NCBI GenBank assembly: GCA_951406725.2
Contig: OX597825.1
Span: 70,060,001-70,124,000 of the forward strand
Reading direction: 5' to 3'
Source: Octopus vulgaris
Lineage: Eukaryota
DNA: 64,000 nucleotides
The stretch's first letter is position 1, and each line of letters begins with the position of its first letter. Position numbers and translations under genes: made by a program. Under the pieces are notes generated by a model. That model was not told the DNA's origin, searched no databases, and worked only from the letters and a program-made list of their open reading frames with translations. Below, piece after piece: positions 13,958 to 25,889 of the stretch.

Positions 13958-14100
13958 CGAGGGGCTGCTGAAAATTTCCTGGTTTTAAGGGTTTCGCGAA
14001 AGGCCTGGTTGAAGGACCAGCCTTCCGAGTCCTTTTACAGAACTTAGGAAAACTGATGAACCGCTGCAATAAGTGTATGAATCTAGGAGGAGAATACGTC
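13958..14100 (+). mobile_element. mariner-derived internally deleted element
   Basis: TIR-like 'cgaggggctgctgaaaatttcctgg' joined to a transposase C-terminus KLMNRCNKCMNLGGEYV (mariner KLxxRWxKC...GxYV). Confidence 0.6.
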
Positions 14101-14135
14101 TGTCAAATTTTTCATGTGTAATTGTCTTTAAAGTC

Positions 14136-14364
14136 ATTACTCTTTACTCTTTTACTCGTTTACTTGTTTCAGTCGTTTGACTGCAGCCATGCTGGAGCAC
14201 CACTTTTAATCGAGCAACTCGACCCCGGGACTTATTCTTTGTAAGCCCAGTACTTATTCTATCGGTCTCTTTTGCCGAACCGCTAAGTGACGGAGACATA
14301 AACACACCAGTATCGGTTGTCAAGCAATGCTAAGGGGACAAACACAGACACACAAACACGCACG

Positions 14365-14402
<38 letters not shown>

Positions 14403-14570
14403 CATATATACGACGGGCTTCTTTCAGTTTCCGTCTACCAAATCCACTCACATGGCTTTGGTCGGCCCGAGGCTATAGTAGAAGACACTTGCCCAAGGTG
14501 CCACGCAGTGGGACTGAACCCGGAACCATGTGGTTGGTAAGCAAGCTACTTACCACACAGCCACTCCTGC
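14136..14570 (-). mobile_element. SINE family A, near full length
   Basis: Reverse complement of the family A head, body and tail. Confidence 0.92.
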
Positions 14571-15319
14571 TCATTAGAGACCCGGTCTATTAACTTCTAT
14601 TTCTAGCTCTAGCGAAAGACCCTCGATGATGCTGTTACATGGATTTCGAAAGAATTATAATGCTTTCCTGGTCGGAAAAAAAAACCGTTGGAATCTGTAG
14701 CTTCAGATTAGTGAGAATGCATTTTCGCGAATTCTAGAAGACAATAAAAAGAATTTATTTTAGGCTGTGTTTTCCATAGCAGTGCAAGACAAGACGGTGA
14801 AGTTATTTATCATTATCTAGAAGTGAACAGTCGTTAATTTATGCTGAAGAGCTTTCAATGTCGCATGTAATTAGCTAGATATCATCATGTAATCTAATAT
14901 TGAAATCATTTAGTTGCCCCATTAAACCAAACGCGAATGTCAATTTCCTCAACGATTTACAATTTCCATCTAGTCAGCTGAACACGATTTTACTCTTTCA
15001 AAAACATTTCGACTTCCATTCGAAAGTTCAAACGAAAACAGAGACGATTTTACAACCACGAAGCCTCAATTTTCCAGTCAGGTACGACCAGTTCATTACA
15101 GTTCTTTTCTTCAACGGAAAAGTAAAGATTTCTTTCTCACAAATCTTCTTGCTGAGAATACTAAGTCGTTCATGTAAAGTACAGTGTAGCATTCGATAAG
15201 CGTTTCGCCTTTATTGCACTTTCAATGTTGTAGGATAAAACATCAAGTGTTTAAAACCTCGCTCCTAAGGAGGCATTCATATTTTTACCAATGGAAAGAA
15301 GCATCTTTTTTATAATATA

Positions 15320-15714
15320 CTAGCAGTATCGCCCGGCGTTGCTCGGGTTTGTAAGGGAAATAACTATAAAGCATTTTTAGAGAGTTATAGCCAAAAAATA
15401 GAAAAAAATGGAAAAAAAATTATGGTAAAAAATTATGGTAAATTTTTTTGAGAGTTAAAAAGGTCGAGTTGCGTCCCCTAGACAGTCTGTGGTTTGTGTT
15501 TCTGATTCTCGACCCCATGTCGAATTTATCGATTTTTTTCAGAACTGGGGGAACTTTTCAAAATTTTCTCTGCGTTAGTTTTGAATTATGACATTGGGCT
15601 ATGTGTGTGTCAAGTTTCATCAGAATCGGTTGAAAGCCGTGGTCAGGGTGAGGGTACAACCTGACAGACACACAGACACACACACAGACAAACTGCCGTT
15701 TATATATAGAGAGA
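15320..15714 (-). mobile_element. Complete non-autonomous Helitron
   Basis: Minus strand reads A|TCTCTCTATATATAAACGG...hairpin CCCGAGCAACGCCGGG...CTAG|T; inserted at an AT dinucleotide without TSD. Confidence 0.88.
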
Positions 15715-16085
15715 TAAACACACACATACACACACACACACATACACACTTACATACACACGCGCGCACACACATAAACGCGCGCATGGACACATCTCTT
15801 TTATTTGTTTCAGTCATGTGACAGCGGTCATGCTGGAGCACCGCCCTTAGCCGAGCAAATAGGCTCCAGGACTTATTCTTTGTAAGCCTAGTACTTATTC
15901 TATCGGTCTCTTTTGCCGAACCGGTGCTGAGTTGTCAAACATTTAAACCAAATTTTCTCAAAACAACATGTCCGACCGTCCCATAGGCCTCCCCGTTGAG
16001 AAACACTGATTTAACCTAAATTTGAGGCACCAGCAAATGAAGAATTTTTTTCAATTCCAAGAAAAACGATTTACAAATGCACGTT

Positions 16086-16370
16086 CCGTCGACCTCGGCG
16101 GAATTTGAACTCAGAACATAACAGCAGACGAAATACCTATTTCTTTACTACCCACTAGGGGCTAAACAAAGAGAGGACAAACAAGGACAGACAAACGGAT
16201 TAAGTCGATTATATCGACACCAGTGCGTAACTGGTACTTAATTTATCGACCACGAAAGAATGAAAGGCTAAGTCGACCTCGGCGGATTTTGAACTCAGAA
16301 GGTAACGGCATACGAAATACCGCTAAGCATTTTGTCTGGACCAGTAACCATCCTGCCAGCTCACCACCTT
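16086..16370 (-). mobile_element. SINE family B with internal duplication
   Basis: Two copies of 'gtcgacctcggcgga.tttgaactcagaa'. Confidence 0.85.
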
Positions 16371-16630
16371 CTGCTTACGTAATGCTAACGTTATGTCATC
16401 CTTTTGCATAAGTCACTTCAACCGAAGGCGCCCATTTTGAAGCACAATAGATGATACATAGAGTGTTAGCGCAAGGTTACAGGCATGCACTTTATAAATA
16501 TTATATATAATTCAGATTCACATCTCACGTATTTAATTACCTTATTATGTGTAAACATTGAAATATAGAAATACGCAATCTGTTATTTATTTAATATTTC
16601 TCTGTATAAATATGTATATATATATATATA

Positions 16631-16963
16631 TGTGGCTCAGTGGTTAGAGCGTCGAGCTTACGATCGTGAGGTTGTGAGCTCGAATCCCGAACCGGGCTGC
16701 GTGTTGTGTTCTTGAGCAAGACACTTTATTTCACGTTGCTCCAGTTCACTCAGCTGTAGAAATGAGTTGCGACGTCACAGGTGCCAAGCTGTATCGGCCC
16801 TTGCCTTTCCCTTGGACAACATCGGTGACGTGGAGAGGGGAGGCCGGTATGCATGGGCGACTGCTGGTCTTCCGTAAAAAACAACCTTGCCCAGACTTGT
16901 GCCTCGGAGGGTAACTCTCTAAGTGCAAACCCATGGTCAGTGTCTGACCGAAGGGGGTCACCA

Positions 16964-16965
<2 letters not shown>
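16631..16965 (+). mobile_element. tRNA-derived SINE family C
   Basis: A box TGGCTCAGTGG, B-box-like 'gagctcgaatcc', core 'ttgagcaagacactttatttcacgttgctccag' shared with 52850-53172 and ~43205-43255. Confidence 0.85.
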
Positions 16966-17029
<64 letters not shown>

Positions 17030-17041
17030 ATATATATACAT

Positions 17042-17104
<63 letters not shown>

Positions 17105-18164
17105 CATATATATATGTGTGTGTGTGTGTGTACGTATATGTGAAGACAAATATATGCATATGTACATTTATGGTCATATATATGCGTGCGTGTTTACAGA
17201 TATATAGATATAGATAGATACACAGATAGACAGATATAGACATAGATATTTATGTACATGTTATACATGTATTTGTGTGTGTATATATGTGTGTGTGTGT
17301 TTGTGTATCTATGTGTTTGTATAAGCATATGTATACTTACACATACGCACATGTATACATACATGCGTACATATATACATACATAAAACATACATACATA
17401 CATACACACATACATACATACATACATACATACATACATACATACATACATGCATGCATACATATATATTTCTTTGATTTCAATATTCATATATGATATG
17501 CTAGAATATTTGCATTGCTGAGATACGATTTATAGATTAGTTTTGAAGAATAAATAAACACATGAAGTGTCAACAAAATCTGAATATAACTTAAGGCATT
17601 GAACAATCTAAAGATAGATCTCTACACAAATAGATAAACAGTAACGTGATTTCCCCCACCATTGGCAGTAATTATCTCGTATTTATATACGATAATGGCT
17701 TTATAATACAGATTTATTGCTATTAGCTATATATTATGTTTATAGTTCTAATACGAAAACGTTAAAAGGTTTAAAGGCGATGATCTGGAAACATACTTGG
17801 TACTAGCGTTGTTTTGAAGATTCTCGCATCCCTACAGACGCTGTACTGTGGATTAAGATGTCATAAGAATTTTAGAAATTTCGAGAAGTTTCTCTTAAGA
17901 TTGGTGCATCTTCACTCGAAGAAAACTATCAATAATGATTTCAAATTTTGGCACAAGGCCAATGATTTTATGGTGGGGTTAAGTCGATTACATCGCCTGC
18001 AATGTTCAACTCGTTCTAATTTTATCGAGTGCGAATTGATCAAAAGCAAAGTTGACCAGGGCTTTATTTGAACCTTGAATATAATAAAGTGGAAGAAATG
18101 CCGCTGAGTATTTCGTCCCACTCGCTAACAATTCTACCAGCTCACCGCTTTTTAAGTAACAGAT

Positions 18165-18545
18165 AATCCTTTCTGCTATAAGCACAAGGCCTGAAATTTG
18201 GTGGGGAGAAGGTTAATCGAATACATCGACCCCAGTGCGTAACTCGTATTTATTTCATCGATATGGAAAGGAAGACTGGTAAAGTCGACCTCAGCGAAAT
18301 TTTATCTCAAAACATTAAGGACAGACGAAATGCCGCTAAGCATTTTGCCCGCTGTGCTAACGATTCTACCAGCTCGCTGGTAACGATTCTACCAGCTCGC
18401 TGGTAACGATTCTACTTAGCTCGCTGGTAACGATTCTACCAGCTCGCTGGTAACGATTCTACTTAGCTCGCTGGTAACGATTCTACCAGCTCGCTGGTAA
18501 CGATTCTACTTAGCTCGCTGGTAACGATTCTACCAGCTCGCCGCC
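18165..18545 (-). mobile_element. SINE family B whose head carries a 23/24-bp minisatellite
   Basis: Family B body; 8 tandem units at 18358-18545. Confidence 0.85.
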
Positions 18546-18763
18546 ATTTTCAAGCTATAGATAATAACGTGTAAACGTTGGGTTAAATATCCTTTGGATA
18601 GAAAAAGTCGAAGGCTGCTTGCATGACTCAAAATCCCATTTGTGCACATGAACTGTTGGGCTGAAGTCTTTTGCTTGTGCTTTTCTGTGGGTATACTGTT
18701 TTACTCTTTTACATTTTCGTTTATTTCGCCCAAAATGTTCTGGTGATGAGAGAAAAGTTATCA

Positions 18764-18928
18764 TAGGCGCAGGAGTGGCTATGTGGTAACAGGCTTACTT
18801 CCAAACCACATGATTCTGAGTTCAGTCTCACTGCGTGACACCTTGAGCAAGTGTTTTCTACTATAGCCTCGAGCCTACCAAAGCTTTGGGAGTGGATTTG
18901 GTAGACGGAAACTGAAAGAAGCCAGTAG

Positions 18929-18992
<64 letters not shown>

Positions 18993-19200
18993 TGTGTCTA
19001 TGTGTGTGTGTTTGTGTGTGTGTATGTATGTATGTATGTATATGCTTGTGGGAGTGTGTCTGTCTCCCCACCATCACTTGACAATCGATATCAGTTTATT
19101 TACGTACCCATAACTTAGAATAAGTTCTAGAGTCGGTTTGTGCGACTAAAGTCGCTGCTCCAGCATGGCCGCAGTCAAATGAGTGAAACAAATACCAGAA
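18764..19200 (+). mobile_element. SINE family A
   Basis: Starts 'aggcgcaggagtggctatgtggtaa'; family body and tail present. Confidence 0.88.
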
Positions 19201-19299
19201 AAAGAATAATCTAACCTATACAATTATATATCTATCTATATGAATTTTACCTAAAAGGCCACTGATAAAACTCATTAATTTTAATGATGTTATCCCCTG

Positions 19300-19330
<31 letters not shown>

Positions 19331-19335
<5 letters not shown>

Positions 19336-19530
19336 ATCCAAACATGAACAAAGAGAAGACACAACAACGCGAGGATGTGGAACAAGTATAGTGCCACTGG
19401 ACACTCAAGAAAGGAAGGAAAGAATGGAGGATTTAACGTTTCGAGCGGAACTCTTCGTCAGAAACATAGAAAGAGGAAAGGTCCAAGGAAGGGAAGACGG
19501 AGAAAGAAAATCGCCAACGATACACACAGA
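19331..19530 (-). mobile_element. Penelope-like pLTR-type repeat fragment with minimal hammerhead motif
   Basis: Minus strand GTTT-CTGACGA-A-GAGTtccGCTC-GAAA-CG-TT-AAAT (19431-19465); related copies at ~36820-36990, ~38120-38260 and ~53500-53620. Confidence 0.6.
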
Positions 19531-19737
19531 TTTATATATGTATGTATATATATATATATATATAACATAAGGGGGATCAGCCATCTGAATGTGGCTAGGG
19601 TCAGGGCGGGGTGGTGGGGGTGTTACTGATGCATTTAACCCCAGGCGAACAACATCGTCACCAGAAGAGCTGACACCATCTCGGTGTCCTTGCCAGCCTG
19701 CAAAGGGAGATCAGCCTCCCCGAAGATACGGATACTA

Positions 19738-19780
19738 CATACGGACCGGTTTCGAGGTTATTGCCTCTTGTCAACGTATG
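19738..19780 (-). ncRNA. Minimal type I hammerhead ribozyme (U3-A8 variant)
   Basis: Exact reverse complement of the motif at 20252-20294. Confidence 0.8.
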
Positions 19781-20251
19781 GTAAGCACCGCTCTTCGTTG
19801 AGGGACTTCCTCTACAGGCTGGATATATAGATTTTCACAGTAACCACAGTCACTGGCGTAGAAAATCCGTTCGAAAACAATAATAAATCTCTGAGCGAGA
19901 TATAAACAGTAACTGCTCTATAACATAAGGGGGATCAGTATCCGTATCTTCGGGGAGGCTGATCTCCCTTTGCAGCCTGGCAAGGACACCGAGATGGTGT
20001 CAGCTCTTCTGGTGACGTTGATGTTCGCCTGGGGCTAAATGCATCAGTAACACTCCCACCACCCCGCCCTGACCCTAGCCACATTCAGATGGCTGATCCC
20101 CCCTTATGTTATAGAGCAGTTACTGTTTATATCTCGCTCAGAGATATATTATTGTTTTCGAACGGATTTTCTACGCCAGTGACAGTGGTTACTGTGAAAA
20201 TCTATATATCCAGCCTGTAGAGGAAGTCCCTCAACGAAGAGCGGTGCTTAC

Positions 20252-20294
20252 CATACGTTGACAAGAGGCAATAACCTCGAAACCGGTCCGTATG
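20252..20294 (+). ncRNA. Minimal type I hammerhead ribozyme (U3-A8 variant)
   Basis: Stem I CATACG/CGTATG; core TTGACAA; stem II GAGG-caataa-CCTC; GAAA; palindromic stem III ACCGGT; GTC triplet with predicted cleavage after 20288. Confidence 0.8.
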
Positions 20295-20511
20295 TAGTAT
20301 CCGTATCTTCGGGGAGGCTGATCTCCCTTTGCAGGCTGGCAAGGACACCGAGATGGTGTCAGCTCTTCTGGTGACGTTGATGTTCGCCTGGGGCTAAATG
20401 CATCAGTAACACCCCCACCACCCGCCCTGACCCTAGCCACATTCAGATGGCTGATCCCCCTTATGTTATAGAGCAGTTACTGTTTATATCTCGCTCAGAG
20501 ATTTATTATTG

Positions 20512-20562
<51 letters not shown>

Positions 20563-21469
20563 ACAGGCTTCTCTCAATTTCACTAAATTCACTAATCATG
20601 CCCCGTTGGTCGGATTCTGACTATAGGAGACGACACTTGCCCAAGGTGCCACGCAATGGGGCCGAACCTGGATCCTCGTGGCTGCAAATTGAACCAATGT
20701 ACTCACTCCCTTTCATCTTCGTCTTCTGTATCGCTCTCTTCTTTCATCTGTACTTATAAGCTTATGAACATTGTACTTCGACGCTCTCTTTCTCTCGATT
20801 CCCTGTATCCTTCATACGTTTACCTTCTCACTCGCACCCTCTATTTCTTTTCCTTTTCATCCTTACTTTTCCCTCTCACTTTCTCTTTTCTTCTCCGCTT
20901 TCTTTTTTCATTCATCAATATCTTTATATTTATACTATTTTTATCGATATCTTCATAAATGTGTGCACGCGCATGTGTGTGTACGTGTGTTTGTGTGTGT
21001 GCGTGTGTGTGTACGTATCATCCAATTCCATGTATTTTATTTTAGATTCATCAGTATTTTCGGATACAAGTGTACATACATATACATATCTGTGTCTGTG
21101 TGTGTATGTGTACGCCTCTGTGTGTGTCTGTTTGTGTATGTGCGTGGACGTATCATCCATACCCGTGTATTTTATTTTATATTCATCAATATTTTCTTAT
21201 AGATGTATACATACATATGTGTGTATCTGTATGTATATATAAATAGTATATTCATACAAAAACACATTCATTATACGTGTTTTCCCAGATATATTTGCAT
21301 TGTCTTATTACATATTAATATTAACATCATATATACTTTATGCTATTACATATTAAACATTTATATCTTACGTATTTTATATTGTACTTTAATATCTTGT
21401 ATTTTTTCATATTTCCTCAAAACATGTACATGCTGTCATTATTTGCAAGCTGTCAACATAACACTGTCT

Positions 21470-21871
21470 TTTTTACTCTTTTACTCTTTTACTTGTTTCA
21501 GTCATTTGACTGTGGCCATGCTGAAGCACCACCTTTAGTCGAGCAAATCGACCCCAAGACTTATTCTTTGTAAGCCTAGTTACTTATTCTATCGGTCTCT
21601 TTTGCCAAACCGCTAAGGTACGGGGATGTAAACACACCAGCATCGGTTGTCAAGCGATGTTGGGGGAACAAACACAGACACACAAACATACACACACATA
21701 CATACATATACATTTATACGGCGGGCTTCTTTCAGTTTCCGTCTACCAAATCCACTCACAAGGCTTTGGTCGGCCCGAGGCTATAGTAGAAGACCTTTGC
21801 CCAAGGTGTCACGCAGAGGGACTGAATCCAGAACCATGTGGTTGGTAAGCAAGCTACTTACCACACTGCCA
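21470..21871 (-). mobile_element. SINE family A, head interrupted by a MITE
   Basis: Reverse complement of family A; residual head 'ctgcgtct' resumes at ~22082. Confidence 0.88.
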
Positions 21872-22078
21872 CTCGTCGGCAAAAAAAAAATGCCAACTTT
21901 TAAAATCCGAAAATTATCCAAAAACTTACAATACTTAATGATATCGAAGGGAAATGGAAATTAATAGAAATTTTCACTTCCAGTGGCCTAGCATGTAATG
22001 ATTAAGTATGATTAAGCATTGTCAGTTTTTGGATAATTTTCGAATTTTATAAGTTGGTACTTTTTTATTGCCGACGAG
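21872..22078. mobile_element. MITE with ~70-bp terminal inverted repeats
   Basis: 'ctcgtcggcaa...ccaacttttaaaatccgaaaattatccaaaaacttacaatacttaat' versus its near-perfect reverse complement ending 'ttgccgacgag'. Confidence 0.8.
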
Positions 22079-23671
22079 GGGCTGCGTCTGCGTAGTGGAT
22101 TTTGAAAAAATTAAGATGTATAAACAAGAGGCACATAGTTGGTTGCCTCGTGTTTTATATATTTAATCTAAGGTGTACCTGCTGAAGAAGATTTCACCTA
22201 GCGAATATTATTTATTTGCTAAACTAAAATCAGAAACCAACTGGTCCAGGAAACTAGATGGTAAAATGTTTTTATTTTTTCATTTTGTTCCTGTCGAATT
22301 TTATCCCTAATTTTGTGGTTATAGAACCTACCTGTACTTTCTAGCATGTCAAATCCCACGAGTTTCAAATTCCTTATGTGTTTAAATGTACACTGTATTA
22401 TATATATATACACTCTCACTTTCCATTTACCAAATCCATTCACAGGGTTTGATCGGTCTGGGGCTATAGTAGAAGACACTAGTCCAAGATTCCACACAAT
22501 GGGACTGAACCTAGAAACGTGTTTGAGAAACAAACTACTTACCATGCAACTCCTTTATAATTTTATAATAATTTGTGTCTCCAACAGTCGAAAATTTAAA
22601 GCTTGATATCCTTAAAACATTTATATACTTTTAAGTATAGATGAAAACGAGGCTATTTATAAGCCCCGTTTTGACCCATATTTGTATTTTCTATATGCCC
22701 TCTGCACATTTTATAGGATTTTAGTTAGCTGAACCTAAAAGTGACGACATGAAATTTCAAATAGACATGGTGATAAAATCTCAACTTATAACTGTTATAT
22801 TTGTGTGTGTTTGTGTTTGTGTGTGTGTATATGTGTGTGTTGTGTGTGGTGTGTGTGAATGTGCGTGAGTGTATGTGTGCACGTATGTGTGTATGTGCTA
22901 GATTTAATGATAAAAAGAATTAAACTGCCTATCGCATGACTATATAATTCCAACAATTAACTATCTAAATAATAGCATCAATCCAGCGAGATCATATAAT
23001 CAGTAAATCAACACACCTTTTAACACGACAGTAAACAGCAACCCTAACACATCCGGTCGAATGAAACTTGGCTCTGTAAGTATGGAAATTAATCCCTTTG
23101 ACCACTTGATGAACATTGCATTGATAAGAATGTTGTGTATGTTTGTTTTGTACGCACACTTGGGAAAGTGCAAATATTGGTGTTATCTCAAGTCATTTTA
23201 AGTGTCGATGCTCTAATCATATTCGCGGATTTAGAGATATACATAAGGCTACGTTTACACCTCAGGCTAGATTTCTATGTATGCTTACTGATAAAGAGAT
23301 TGAATATGAAATTGTTTGGTCTATTATACGTAACGTACAATGGTTTGAACTAGCCATGATAAATATAATTTGTGGATATACGAAATCTATTAAATGATTA
23401 GGTGTAAATCGAATTTCATTAATCAACAAGATTAAATTATAAAATATCCGCAGATGTACCACAAGTCCTTTCTACACAATACTATAATTTAACCTATTAG
23501 CTTTAACCTGAACGCACTAATAATACTATTAGTCGGCTTTCTAAAATTTCTTCCCTCCAGTTACTATAATTTCTGTATTTCCATATTTCTACTTTACTCA
23601 GTTAGTTATCTTTAGTCTCTTGCAGTTAGGCTAACTACTTTCCATTTACATAGTACATATTCGTAGCTATT

Positions 23672-23733
<62 letters not shown>

Positions 23734-24024
23734 TATATATTTTTATTTTGGCTTCCTATTATCCTTGGTATGCTGCAGTCGACTGTACTTTCACTATGGT
23801 GCAATTGCATCCTGACTGGATAGTCATTTATATATAAGTTGTTGTTTTTTTGGGCAATTCAGTAATTCAGTTCTACCGTATTGAGGTAGTAACAATAAAT
23901 AAAATTTGCATATGTTTCTAATCTATAAATTCATTAGGTGTAAATCACTAATTGTATGAAGTCCACATACGTACTGCAAGTTCTTTGTACATTATATTTA
24001 AAAATAAACTATTTGCTTTAATAT

Positions 24025-24037
24025 ATTATTATTATTA

Positions 24038-24098
<61 letters not shown>

Positions 24099-24108
24099 CA
24101 TCATCATC
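24025..24108. repeat. (ATT)n/(ATC)n microsatellite
   Basis: Direct reading. Confidence 0.95.
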
Positions 24109-25000
24109 TATTAGCACTGAACCCCTGCTTTCCCTGTGCTAATGTAGTTTCAAAATATAAGTCTCTCTCTTTCTTGTAATTTCTTTTTTCATTCCATTTT
24201 TAAATTCCCTTTCTGTTTTTTATGATTATGCTTCGCTTTATTTCAGTGTACTCTACTATATACCCTTCATCCTTTTCTTGCAGTCAGTTATTTACATAAT
24301 CATTAACGTTTACATAATCATTAGCATTTACATAATCATTTTCTTACTTGCTTTTAAACTCCTCCTAAATAAAGGCTATCATAACAAATTTTATCTACTC
24401 TTAACGTTTTTGAGTAGTTGATTCGTTTTTACTATCTCTTTTCTTTCTATAATACTTCTCTATCATTTTTATACATCTCCTTTGTCTTTTGATCCACATA
24501 GAAAGTTAAACAACACTGCTAATTTAGCACAAACTAACTGTCCAAATATATACACTGTGTGATATAATCCACCGTTTAATTAACTGGTATCAATAATGAA
24601 GCTGAATTATTCTTGAAATCTCTTAATTACCCACTCTAGCCACGATACCGTAAGGTTTCCAATAGAATACTCTAAGAATCTCACATTTCATTACATATAC
24701 TTTCACACACAACTTAGTCTACTCCAGCCTGTCTAAATTAAAAGCCTCTTCATCCAAATCTAGATATATCACCATCGACATCATTTCTCTATTAGGTGTT
24801 TGCATAACCAAAGTAGTTATCTCTTTCACCACATTTAGCATGAAGTTAACATCGAAATTTTGCGGTGGATTTAACAGCAGTTTCCGTCAAGGTCTTTATA
24901 TCCTTTAAAGCTAGAATGGAAAAACTGATCTGTATCTGTCGAATTATATTTGGATTTCAAGTCTAACTATATTTGTTTACATAAAATTAAAAATAACATA

Positions 25001-25200
25001 CGTGTGTGTCTGTGTTTGTCCCCCCCCCAAAAAAAATCGCTTGACAACCGATGCTGGTGTGTTTACGTCCCCGTAACAAAAGAGAATGATAGAATAAGTA
25101 CTAGCCTTACAAAGAATAAGTCCTGGGGTCGATTTGCTCGACTAAAGGCGGTGCTCCAGCATGGCCACAGTCAAATGACTGAAACAAATAAAAGAGTTAA
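25001..25200 (+). mobile_element. SINE family A, 3' half
   Basis: 'gcttgacaaccgatgctggtgtg...gctccagcatggccacagtcaaatgactgaaac'. Confidence 0.85.
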
Positions 25201-25760
25201 AAATAACATACGTTGCAAAACATTTCAACGCTAATTAAAATTTTTGTCCCTTTTTCAGTTCTTAGTATCACAAAATCCTATTTTCGAACTCGCCACTACT
25301 AACTGCCACCCAGAATTAGCTTCATCGTACTAGCATAGAATCTTCAAAAATATTAAAATACTTTCTAACTGTCCAAGCATGAAATGTTTCACCAGCCAGC
25401 CACTCGCAGGCACACATACACAAACACACATACCCATACACGCATTTCTATAGAAGTGAGCGTGTTACCTAACCAATGGGAATAAGGTTGCCTTAGTAGA
25501 CCCATCAACTTTATTGATACAAAGGCGCGCGAACACAGACACACACATACACGCATGCACGCACACACACAAACTGAGAAGTAAGATAGGCAGCCAACAA
25601 ATGATGAAGGGTCCTTTCTCTGTGTTTACTTGTCCTGTTTTCCCTTTTTTTCGTCTCGTTGTTTACGTATTTCATGTTGTTTGCACTGTTGGTGACATTC
25701 TGTGCCCATATATGCTTATATATATTTATGTGTGCGTGTACATATACATACATACAAACA

Positions 25761-25796
<36 letters not shown>

Positions 25797-25815
25797 TATC
25801 GAAAAATGCTATCGA

Positions 25816-25889
25816 TGGCCCGATAACTGAAGAGATGGCGGCGTGGGTTTCTGCCCCGACATCCGAAACTCGGAGTTTTATCATGGCCA
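25816..25889 (+). ncRNA. Type I hammerhead-like motif (second family)
   Basis: Stem I tggcc.gataa/ttatc..ggcca; CTGAAGA; stem II gatg.cgg/ccg.catc; GAAA; stem III ACT(C)/(G)AGT; GTT triplet. Confidence 0.6.

Larger units (their letters stand above)
19561..20513. mobile_element. Hammerhead-containing ~359-bp monomer array (retrozyme / non-autonomous Penelope-like), tandem plus inverted
   Basis: Period 358 (tataacataag at 19561 and 19919) and 359 (agtatccg at 19937 and 20296); inversion junction at ~19938; flanked by (TA)n on both sides. Confidence 0.85.

Noticed and set aside
16631-16705. tRNA gene (also 48165-48238)
   Set aside because: tRNA-like heads continue into SINE bodies and lack a proper acceptor stem and terminator
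18358-18545. CRISPR-like palindromic repeats
   Set aside because: Units are contiguous with no unique spacers, derive from a SINE head, and have no cas genes; eukaryotic context
19589-20440. Duplicated ~70-aa ORFs (..PSRCPCQPAKGDQPPRRYGYY..)
   Set aside because: Antisense to the hammerhead monomer, start context differs by an indel between copies, and no recognisable domain
24430-24900. Possible ancient LINE RT (VIYLD...AF on the minus strand)
   Set aside because: Only one weak motif amid many stops
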